The notes under the pieces were generated by a model that worked only from the letters and a program-made list of their open reading frames with translations, was not told the DNA's origin and searched no databases. This document shows positions 12,549-24,500 of a stretch of DNA of 64,000 nucleotides, one piece after another. The position numbers and the translations under genes are program-made. Origin of the DNA: Yuukianura sp. NJ FZ-2021 (Eukaryota). The stretch's first letter is position 1. Every line of letters begins with the position of its first letter. The stretch lies in the NCBI GenBank assembly GCA_046563655.1, contig CM102289.1, positions 5,146,001 to 5,210,000 of the forward strand. The letters are read 5' to 3'.

Positions 12549-15500
12549 TTATCCAAACTCTCCTACACCAGGAATGTCCGGAACTTCATAGTCGGGTACT
12601 TCCGGAGGAGTGTCGGGTCTCCTTCGGGCACAAACGGAACAGCGACTGATTCTGGACTCGTGAGATGCCTTGAGTGTTTGTTGTTCTGGGCGGTTAAATT
12701 GGTTGTGTTCGCCCACTGTTGCCAGCCAATAGGAACTCGCCGTGCTGAACAAGTTACATCTTCCTTGGCCGATGCACTCGACGAATGGAACGGGTTTGAA
12801 TTTTTCTATACATGACCCTGGCGAAGCCAACGGTTGACCTCCACCTTCAGCTCCTGCGTCGGTATGCTGCAAAAACACCTCGAAAATTCAAAATTTTGAA
12901 AACTGAGTTACTTTAAAGATAATTTTTGAGTTTACCATCATAAAACTGAATCCAGTCCAAAGAGAGTACCATCCTGGAGGACAGTCTGGAATCTCAATGG
13001 TTTGACTGTGAGTTGCAATGACATGAGTAGGAGCTTCACAGACTGTGCACCGTGAAATGTAGCGTTTAATATCTAGTCCTTGAATTGGCATCATCATCAT
13101 CGGAAGGGGTTCAAAAGTAGAGAGCCAGTAGCTGTAGTCATTGCGAGAAGCGTAGTTGCAAACGTTGTTCAAATTGCAAAACAGAAATGGCATGGTGGAA
13201 AATTTTCTCAAACAGCTTCCAGGAGCACCTTAAATTGATTTTCAACAAGATTTTATTTTCCAAATATTTTCTTAGTTTTCCCTTTTATTTTGAGCTGACC
13301 TAAGTCTTGACCTCGAGCCTTCCCATCTCCGGTCAAATGAAGCAGTGAGTAGCCCGACCACATTTTGTTGCTTCCTCTTGGACAGTCAATGTCACCAGTA
13401 GATTGCGAATGGCGCGTGAAGTAGTAACCACGTGACTTGGGCGGAGGACCTGGCGGAGCAGCGTCACCTTCCATTCCTTCTCGTCCAGGAAATCTAAAAA
13501 AAAAATTAAAAAAAAAAATAAAGAAAATGATTTCAAAAGAGTGAGTGTATGATTTACACATTACCCAGCTTCACCAGGCATGCCAGGACTTCCAGTGTCA
13601 CCTTGCATTCCCTTGGATCCAGGAAGGCCTGGAAGACCGTCTCTTCCAGGAAATCCGTCATCGCCTGGTAGGCCAGCGAAACCGTCTGGGCCAGGAAGAC
13701 CAGGCTGGCCGGGTCTTCCTAAAGTAAAAAAAAATATTTTAAAAAAGTTGTCTAAAATTTTTTTTGGAACTGTAACTTGAAAAGTTGAAGTATTACCGCG
13801 TGTTCCTGGTTGTCCTTTGCCAGTTCCAGGAGAATATCCAGGAAGACCTTGGTCACCCTTCTCACCATCAAGACCTATTGAATTACAATTTTAGCAATAC
13901 TTAACTTATGTAAAAATGTTAATTAATTAATTAATTTTTAAGTTAGCCTGTGAACCTGGAAAGCCATCGTCGCCTGGAACTCCTTTTGGACCGGGCGAAC
14001 TTAATCCAGGAAATCCGTCATCGCCTCGAAATCCCTTTTCACCTATCAGTCCGGGTTGTCTAGTAATAGTTTTAAACAACAGACTTAAGTAAATAGCTCA
14101 ACAGTTGACCTTTGACCTAAGAAGGCTTACGACGTCCCGGGGTCACCTCTAAGACCTTTCAGTCCTGTAAATTCAACGCCAAAATTAAGTGCAAACAACT
14201 TTAACCACGCAGTTTTCAACTATTTTTCAACTAATAGTGTAGTATAGTTTTCAACTATTAAACAATAATTTCAACTTTCACTTCACCTGGGAATCCAGCT
14301 CGCCCAACTGGGCCTGGTTTGCCAGGAAAACCGGGCCTTCCAGGAATACCTAACAATTCAAAAAAAAATTGAATAAATTTTGAATAAAGTTTAAAACAAA
14401 CTAAAATTTCGAAATAACAAAATAGCTTTAGGATTGGCCAGCTTACCCGGTTTTCCGGGAATCCCTGCAAAACCAGGATCACCCCGTTCGCCCTTCGGAC
14501 CAGGAAATCCAAAATCTCCTAAAATTAAACAATTTGAAAATCAGTTACTTTACAGAAAACTTTTAAAATTGTATGTAGTACTTGAGATTTATTTTGAAAA
14601 AAGAAGCTAACCTGGAGCTCCCTTAGGCCCGTTAAAGCCCCACCGTCCCTGTTTTCCTTCTGGACCAATGTCACCTTCATCGCCTCTGCCCAAAAGCGGT
14701 TTTGCTAAAACAAGATTTAGTCAATATTTTTTTAAATAGTTTCAAAATACTATAAAAAATATTTCAAAATACTGAAAAGTAATTCTTCTACGACTTACGA
14801 GCTGGTACAGCTGGTTCACCCACCTCTCCTGGCGGGCCATCGTAGCCTGCACTTCCAGGAAAGCCGTCAGGACCGGGGTCACCCATTATCCCTGTTAAAA
14901 TTTAATTTCTAATTGTAGTTCACCTCTACTATTAACAGATATGATGAAATCATTTTATGATTTAATCGAACATCTTCCAATTTTTAAGGCTACTTAACCT
15001 TTTGGCCCATCCGGACCAGGGAAACCGCGGTCGCCCATGTCACCAGGAACGCCCTTTCTCCCTGTTCAACAATTTGTCGGTAATGTTGATGTTTCAGAAC
15101 CAGGGTATCTTTGGTTTAAACAGGCTGTTTTAAACGTTTTAAACACTTGTTTAAAACAAGCGGTAAATCTTGTTTTAAAAAAATGCAAAGAAATGTTAAA
15201 ATTACGTGAAGAATTGACAAAATTATAGGGAAAAGCGCTAAATTTTCAGGAATAATAAAGATAAAAAAGTTTTGGCGGAATACGTTTTACAAAACGTTGC
15301 TAAACAGGTCACAGATAGCTTTTCCAACACTTAGCGACGTTTTATGGAACACGAGTGCCAGTTATCGCACCACTTATTTTGGCGATCATATGCCTCAATG
15401 GGTTAAATGTAAAAAAAACATTTAAAACGAAAAAAGAACGTTTAAAACACACAAAAAAAACATGTTTTTTTTTTGCTTAAAAAAACATGTTTTAAGGATA

Positions 15501-18500
15501 CCCTGTTGAGAACTTCTTTCTTCAAATAAAATTTTGAAATTATTTTAACCTGGAAGACCCATTAGCCCATCGGTATTTGCATGGTCACCAGTATCTCCCT
15601 TTGGTCCTGCCAACAAATATTAGCAAGTAGTGATAGTATGTAAACACTGTGACTAATTAACAGACCTGCCAAAAATATTTTCTAAAAACCTAAGGAATAT
15701 TTATTGAAATATTGACTCAAAACTGCTGTAATATTGACGTAAATATTGACCAGCTTTTAGAAAATTTATTGAAGAAAAGAGGGAAATTATGTTGAAGAAA
15801 AACAGTTTGTACTGCACACCGCAGTTCAGTTAGCACAAATAGTTCCATATCCTCAATTTTTATAAGCTCCATCGTCTTACCAAAAATTTTAATTTGTGTA
15901 TACGAGTATTATCCTGGCTACGTTTTTTGTGTTTATATTTATACTAAATACGTTTTCAAAAACATTTTCAAAAATACAAAATGCAATTTAAATTATATTA
16001 TGTACAGGGTGGTTTCGTATATTTGTTTACCCAAGTGAGAGAAAAAGAAAGCCTCACATGCGTTTTAAATGGGAAGAGTGAGAGGAAGGGAAAAGTGGGT
16101 AAACAAATATACGAACCCACCCTGTACTTTTGAAATTGAATTTTAGCAGGAGTAAATACCATACAAAAGTCCCATCGTGAGTTGTTGCGGCCTACATATG
16201 CTACCTTGTTTTGCGCCGGAAAATGAAAAAAAATCGTATCACATCGGGGTTAAATTCTTATTTAAAGTCAATATGTGCCAGATTCCTGCTTTTTATTCTA
16301 ATTTTTAAGTAAAATTTCAAAAAAGCCGCAAATATTGAATTAAATATTTAGTTAAAGTTAAATATTTGGTATTTACCAAAAACCCTCAAATATTGAAGAT
16401 ATTTAAAATATTGATAAGAAATATTTCTGGCAGGTCTGCTAATTAATCAACGTATATTTAAGGCCATACCCGGTGGTCCCTGTTGTCCCCTGCGACCATA
16501 CAAACCAATGTCACCAGGAATACCTAGGTGTCACAGGTCAAAGGTTAACTGTAATGATCTGTGAATATTTTTTTACATGGTATACAGTAATTACCAGGTC
16601 GTCCAATTCTACCAGGATCTCCCTCCATCCCAGGTACGCCAGCAGTTCCTGATTAACATTACAATATTACATTTATATTTTTAATAGAAAATTGAAAACA
16701 ATTTATAACAATTATATGTATGGAAAATATATGACAAAAAGCTGAACCTTTAGGGCCTGGCTGTCCGGGTGGCCCGCCTTCTCCCTTCCTGCCTTTTCGC
16801 CCTGGCCAACCATCTAAACAGATAGAAATGATTTTCTGATTATAATTAGTTTATTATAATTGTATAGAAATAATAATTATTGTTATTAACTAGAATTAAC
16901 CTGTTCCGGCTTCGCCCTTGGGACCTGGGAAGCCCTCAGGTCCAAGATTTCCAGTTATACCCTGTTGAACAGAATAACCAAATTGCTAACTCTTTGAATT
17001 GAATTTTGATAATTTCAAAATTTCAACAATGAGAACCTTTGGTCCAGGAAAGCCATATCTGCCTGGCCAACCAGCTTCGCCTTGTTCGCCCTTAGCTCCC
17101 TCTGGGCCAGTCACAGATTCACCGTATTCTCCACGAAGTCCCTTTTGTCCAGGCAAACCAGGAAACCCCTTCTCACCCGGAACACCTAACAAATTAAATT
17201 TTTTGATTTTTTTTAACTTTGGTAAATTTTTAAATTGCGCTATTACATGAAAAAAATATGTCCTTACAAATAACAGGCTAAATCTAATTAGCATGAAGGG
17301 CATGGGAAAATCAATAAATAATTAGTAATATGTATCTGTAAAAAAGCCCAAGATATTGATTTCGCTAAAATTACCGGCATGGAAGCTAAATATTTTTTTC
17401 CATGTATTCATTAAGTAGCGAAATGATGAGCTACTTTATGTTTTTCGTCGAGTCTGTCTGTCTGAGTGTGATAGTGTTCTTCGTGGCACCCATGCGAATA
17501 CATAGTATGTGATAGCGTTCTCTGTCACACCCATGCCGATACATAGAATGCGATTGAAATTTTGCTACGTATGTACGGTTTACAACGGTTTATTAGATGA
17601 TCTTTTAAGAAACTACCTTGAAGCCCTTCGTCGCCTAATTCGCCGACAGGTCCAGCGAAGCCTGGGCCACCTTGTTCTCCGTCTGGCCCGGTTGGACCTG
17701 GTGGGCCACCCTCTCCCGAAATTCCCTCTTCACCCTCCTCACCTTTCCGACCGGGAAATCTATACAACACGCAAATATCAAAGTTTGCACACAACTTAAC
17801 TAATAGAAGCAATTACCATTAATTAAAATACTAAAAGGCAGATTTATTAAAGAATTTGTAATACCCGTCGCCCCCCGGTTGGCCTTTTTCTCCCGCGAAA
17901 CCTAAAAATACCAAACAAAAAGTTTCACCTTGAGCCGTTAATTTTACAGTGTCGTTGACGAAATCACTGACCTGGACTTCCAGAATCGCCCCTTTCACCC
18001 TTTGGGCCAAGGACTCCCCAAGGGCCCTTTCTGCCACTCTGACCTGGCATTCCAGGGTCACCGTCTGGGCCACGCTGGCCATTTCTACCGATGTCACCAG
18101 CTTGTCCCGGCAAACCATTAGCACCTTGAACAAAAATTGCATAGTTAACCACGAACAAACAAAATAGGATAGTTAAACTGGAGATTTGTAACAATGCGAA
18201 CATTTTCTGAAGCATTACCGGGAATTCCAATTTGTCCGGGTTCGCCCACTGGTCCAAACACACCCGGAAGTCCTGGTGCGCCAACTCTACCTGGGAAGCC
18301 AGCTAACCCTGGTCGACCTGGACGTGATGTTCCAGCAATTCCCTTAACAAATTATATGCAATAATTTACTATAATTAATTATTGATTGACTTTTCTTCTA
18401 CTGAAATATTAACCTTAGCTCCCGGAAAACCCGGTTTGCCTTTAGAGCCCTTCCGACCTTTGAACCCGAGAAACCCAGATGTACCCGGCCTTCCGTCAAA

Positions 18501-21500
18501 ACCAGCAGGACCCTCCAGGCCAGGCTCGCCCTTTTCGCCGGGGATTCCCTTTGGACCACTTTCTCCGGGCAAAATGCCCAGCCCGTTTTCACCCCGTTCT
18601 CCCTTGGCACCTAAGAAGAACATTCATGGCGGAAATTCAAATTTTGAAGATGATGCTAAAAATTAAAAAAAAGAACAAATTACCCGGGCGTCCATCGATA
18701 CCGTCAGCCCCTTTGAGACCAGGAAGACCTCTCCAACCCGGATCTCCAGCCATTCCCTAAACAGTTGACACATTATATTTAAAAAAAACAACAAAAAACT
18801 ATTGACACATTATATTTAAAAACAGACAAAAAATTTAATACTTGATTATTGACACTTACAGGATAGCCCTTAAAGCCGATGTCCCCTTGGGGTCCAACAA
18901 CCACGTCCCCCTTTTCTCCCTGTGGCCCTAAACACAAAATTTAAAATTGGCGGATTTTGATTTTTGCCGGTCAAAAGTCAATCTCACCTGGGAAGCCATC
19001 AAAACCAGCATCTCCGTCCGGACCAGGCAAACCCCTTAACCCTGCGTCAGTGGTAAAAATTTGAAGATTTAAAAAAAAAAAAGTCCCCCGCAAGGTTTTC
19101 GAAATCTAATTTCATCTTACCGCGTAAACCCATGTCACCCTGCACTCCCTTTTCTCCGATTTTCAGAAATTCGCCACTGTCTCCCGGGTCACCTACAAAC
19201 GCCGGTGGTTAAAATGAAGACGGAGAAAGTATAACGTAATAAACTTTACCTTGCAACCCACGATCTCCCACATCGCCAGGTAAGCCACTGTTTAACAAAT
19301 TTCGAAATTTCAAACATAGAAGCCACTTTCAAAATAATGAAAATATTTTACGGAAATCCTGGAACTCCTCTGTCACCACGCAGGCGTTCTGGATTGTTCA
19401 GAAACTCGGATGGTTGACCTTTTTCGCCCGGCATTCTTCAAAATTAAACCAAATTTTCAAAATTACAATTTCCTTTATGCTTAGTTAGGCTCAAATCTGA
19501 AACTAAAATGAAACAACTGAAAATATTCTACCCTGGTGATCCCGGTCTAGCATCTCTGCCGGGAGTTCCAAACTGTTAATCAGAAATCGAACTGATGTAA
19601 TTTCGCAACTAATTAAATTGAGCATTAATTAACATGCACAAGTACTAACCTCGCCAGAAGCGCCTTTCTCGCCCTTGGGGCCTTGCGGCCCTTGGTCACC
19701 CGGTTTGCCAATTTTTCCGACGGAACCCCTCGGGCCATCCGGGCCAGGGTAGCCCTTGTCACCGACGAAGCCTTTAGGTCCCATGATCACTGTGATTTCA
19801 GGAAATATCACAATTCCAGCTTCGCCCTTCTCCCCGGGGGAGCCTGCCAAAAAAACAGCAACCAAAATTTTGAAAATGAAACCAGTTTTTTTGAAATTTT
19901 GATTTAAATCACCTGCCAAACCGAAAAGCCCGTCTCTTCCTGGTACACCGGCGTATCCTGCTAAACCTTGCTTGCCTCTATCACCTTTTGAAAATTTGAA
20001 AAATTCGAAATTTGAAAAAAAAATCTCTCATGCATTTGTTGAATGTTTTTCTAGCTCAAATTTGTGTGTGACCTTTGGGCCCACGTTCACCAGGAAGTCC
20101 AGGAGCACCAACTATTCCAGGAAAACCAGGAATTCCTTCATCCTTAGAATAAACAAAAATATCAGAATGGCCGTTTCAAAATTCAAAATTCAAAATCATA
20201 CTCCTCTCTCGCCCTTGATTCCTGGAAAACCAGGAAAACAGGTTCCACAGTTGTCTCCAGGTTTGCCTTTGGGTCCAGGAACTCCGTCGAGGCCGTCAAC
20301 GCCATCATAACCAGGGTCGCCGGGAAAACCTTAGAGAAAGTCATATTTTTTATTTGTTCATTAATTATTATTATTAATTAATTTTCAAATTACCGGGTAA
20401 ACCAGGTGGCCCCGGTGGTCCTATTTTGTCTACACCAATTCCGGGATAACCCTTTGGTCCTGGAATAAAATAAAATTTTTGAAAACTGATTCGAAATGGT
20501 AGAAATCTTAAAAATCTACCTTCAAACCCAATGTCACCACGTTCTCCAGGCAGACCTGAAAAAAAGTTTGTAACGTACAGCGTAACGTAATATAACCATA
20601 ACGTAACCTTAAAATTTTAAAAAATAGCCCTAAATATGTTGTCAAATAGGGTAAAGTTGTTTACCTCAAATGTTTTTAAATGGTGTTTAAAACATGGTTA
20701 AAACACTTGTTTAAAACAACAGCAAATTTTTGATTTTGAACTGACAACAAAACGAGAAAACGCTCTAAAAATTCGGAAAATTGCCAATAAAGGTACAGAA
20801 AGTTGGTGTTTTTGAGCAGTTTTTACAACAATTTTGACATTGTGCTCATAAATACAAGTCTTTTTGTTAATGTTTCTACAATAATCCTTTAGCTGCTTAA
20901 TCCGACATTGAATTAGTTCCAATTAAATTGAATTATCGATACATCTAGAAATTTCATAACGTCAGGCGATTGTTAAACTCGTTCTGGGACAAGTAAACTG
21001 GGCACTTTGCGACTTAATTGCTTATGCGTGCAATGTGCAATCGTGAAATAAAAAAAAATTAATAGAATAAAACGTTTTAAACAAAAAAAAACATGTTTTA
21101 AACAAAAAAAAACAATTTTTGTTTAATTTTGAACATAATTTTCTTAAACCCTGTTGTCAAACCTGGAAGTCCTTCGCGACCGGGAAAGCCATCCAAGCCT
21201 GGTGGACCAATGATTGTAAGACCAGGAAGTCCCTTCATTCCAGTAGGACCTCGTGGACCAGGCACTCCGGGGAAACCTTTTTTAAAAGTTTAGTTTAAAA
21301 AAACTAATCTGAAAAAAACTTAGAAGTAGAGTACTTCAAATCTAACCTGGAATTCCGTGCTTTCCTTGTAAACCACTGGCGCCCATTTCTCCCTTCACTG
21401 AGCGTCCGGGCGGGCCAGGTCTTCCGTCTTCTCCGGGAGGTCCGGGAAAACCTAGAATTAGTATATTAGAATTAAGCATTTGTTTCAACACAATTACCCT

Positions 21501-24500
21501 AAAAAAAATAAAAGTAATTCCGACCAGGTTGTCCAGGAAGTCCCCACAAGCCATCCTGTCCCTGATTGCCCTTAGGTCCTGGATAACCTTGGTAACCAAC
21601 TGGGCCTTGACGACCTTGAACCCCCTTAGGCCCCACCCCACTCTGGTTCTCTTCCTCCAGAATTTCACCGGGAAGCCCTGCAATGTGTTTTATTTACGAT
21701 ACTATTTTTAGATTTTTCTTGTTAGCCTTAGCCAGCCTAAGAGTGGGATTCGAGACTAGTGCTCACCTGTCACCCAGTGCACCCAAACACAGATGGGCAT
21801 AAATTAAATAAACTAATTTCAAAATTACTTTTAAAATTATTTAAAAATCTACAAATTACTTTTAAAATTATTAATTAAATTTAAATTAAATTTTATTAAT
21901 ATGAAATAATTTTTTGATATCGTTTTTTAGTTGTATTTTGGTTTTCACGAAAAATACAACTAAAAAAACAGTAAAAAAATTATTTCACATTAATAAAATT
22001 TAATTTAAATTTAATTAATAATTTTAAAAGCAATTTGTAGATTTTTAAATAATTTTAAAAGTAATTTTGATTTATGTTAGTAATAAATTAGTAATTTATG
22101 CCCATCTGTGTTTGGGTGCACTGGGTGACGGGTGAGCACTAGTCTGCAATCCCGCTCTTAGGCTGGCTAACAAGAAAAATCTAAAAATAGTAGTAAATTC
22201 AAAAGCAATTTACTATAGTAATTGACAGCCTGAATTTCACTCACCAGGAAATCCTTGGTCACCAGGAATACCTCTGCCTCCAGGATCGCCAGGGTCGCCC
22301 TAAGGTAAATTTTAAATAAAGTTTTACATGCGACAGTTTATATCGAATTGGTTTTTTAAATATAATTTGGTATTACAGCAGCACCGTTGCTCCCGTCTGT
22401 GCCAATGTAACCCGGGGCACCTTTTTGTCCTTTTCTAAATTGCGGGTCAAATTTGAAATTCGAAATCTGTTTGTCTTTGGCTGTTTTACTTACGCTCCGG
22501 CAGTTCCTGAATTTCCGTCACGCCCTTGCTTTCCCCTAGCACCATCGTATCTGTTCCAAAATTTAAAATGTCACTCGGTTTTATTCATAGTCAAAAATGC
22601 TACTATAGTTCTGAAACTCCTTACCCTTCGTCACCAGGAAATCCCTTGTCACCAGGCATGCTACACAAAAAGTACAAAATTCAATTTAAATCTTCAAAAA
22701 TTGGAAATCTCTGAGATCAATTTTCTTTATAATATCACCCTTCGCTGCCTGGCAATCCGTCTGGACCACGAAATCCAGGAAAACCCTGTATGCCTTTTTC
22801 TCCTACAAAATATCACCAAATTTTATCACCTAACTTGGGACAAATTTTAGTTTCAAAAATCCACCTTTCATTCCTGTTTCACCACGAGGTCCTTTAGAGT
22901 ATGTTGTGTTGCGTGGTCGGGTCGATGGCCTCAACCCTGGAGGTCCTGGAAATCAAATTTTCTCACAATCAGTTGAAATATAGTCAGCGGAGTACTATGT
23001 TGAATAACATTAACGTTAATGCTACGAATTTTTAACGTTATGCTGTCCAATGTCAGTGTAAGTAACTTACCGGGATCCCCGATGTCACCATACTCTCCCT
23101 GCAACAGTGAAAAGGTGAAGAAGTGCTAAAAAATGTAGAGGCATATTTTTACCCGTGGTCCTTTTGGACTCGGCTTCACTTCGCCAGTGTCTCCCTTCAA
23201 ACCTTCACAAAAATACATACAAAACATTGTCGTTTTTTGCATAATTCGCACAACATGTAAGATTTCTGTGCTCACCAGGAAATCCGGGTTGTCCAGCAAC
23301 TCCATCGTCACCGGGTTCACCAGGTCGACCTGTGTAAATCATTGAATTAAAAACTTCCTCTATTTTCTCTGTCAAAAAATACAAACCTTGAATTCCGAAT
23401 TGGCCACTGTATCCAGGAAAACCTCGAGCTCCTAATTTCAAAATTGAAAAAGGCTTTGACATTTTCTTCTGTTCTTGCACAACACTCGTAAATAAGAAAA
23501 TAGTTTTTTTCTTTAACAGGTTAGGGACTAAGTTTGGTTTTTTTATTGTTTTCCCAACAAAATTGAAAAGATGATAAATTAATTACGGTAGCTGTGATGT
23601 AGTAGTTGAATGCAAATTTTTAACTCAAATAAAGTCAACTACTTCAGAGTAAAATCAGTGCAAAAAATGTTCGCAACGACATTTCTGGAAAACGTGACTA
23701 ACCTGTTAAAGATAACTATTTCGTTGCTATAGGAACTATAGGTTTTTGCACATCGAATTTGTACAAATAATTTTTTCTTGACAAACCTATTCTTCCTAAA
23801 TCGCCTCTGTCTCCCTTGATTCCAGGAGAGTTTATGCCACCGTCGCTATATTAAAAAATTGACCTTTGACACAAATCTGAATTTATTAAAAGAAATTAAT
23901 GTTACCCAGCTTCTCCTTGGAGTCCTTCCAAACCTGGAGTTCCGTCTGGTCCCCTTAGAACAAAGCATAACGATAAGTTTTTCTTAAAAAAAAAGTTAGA
24001 CTAGCGCATGCGTACCTTGGTCCAGCAACTCCAGGAAACCCATCGGTACCATTGCAACCAGGAATACCTTCCAAGCCGGGCGGACCTAATCTCAGAAAAG
24101 ACAGTTTTGTGCATGATGTCTGGAGATTAACCCTGACGGCGTATGTGCTTCTATATGTTTTCCTTGATCCACTTACCAATTTCACCTTCGCTCCCGGGAG
24201 TGCCCGGAAGGCCAGCTAAAATTCAAAGCGAAAATGGGTCCATGCCATTACATCGAAAAAAAGACATCGAAGGAAAAGACATCGGAGAAAAAGACATCGA
24301 CAAGAAACACATCGAAAATATATTTGTGCGTGCAGTTTCAGTCTAAAAATGAAAACTTTAGGTTTGGCGTAGGTTAGGTAAAGCATGAATAGTGATTGCG
24401 TTTAGGTTAGGATAGTGAATGCGTGAGTAGGTTTGGCTGACTGAGGTTAGTTTTCGATGTCTTTTGTTTCGATGTGTTTGTATTTTCGATGTCTTTTCCT

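Noticed and set aside
13948..13960. Possible GC-AG donor in collagen
   Set aside because: A canonical GT donor (ccag|gttcac) gives the correct phase.
18765..18855. Short direct duplications here and at 49161-49208
   Set aside because: Simple local slippage duplications with no further structure.
13545..22850. + strand Pro/Gly-rich ORFs (for example 13580, 16999, 18382, 19972)
   Set aside because: Antisense shadows of collagen Gly-X-Y exons.
14010..23815. Multiple RGD triplets in the collagen helix
   Set aside because: R-G-D arises often in Gly-X-Y sequence and is generally cryptic in triple helices.
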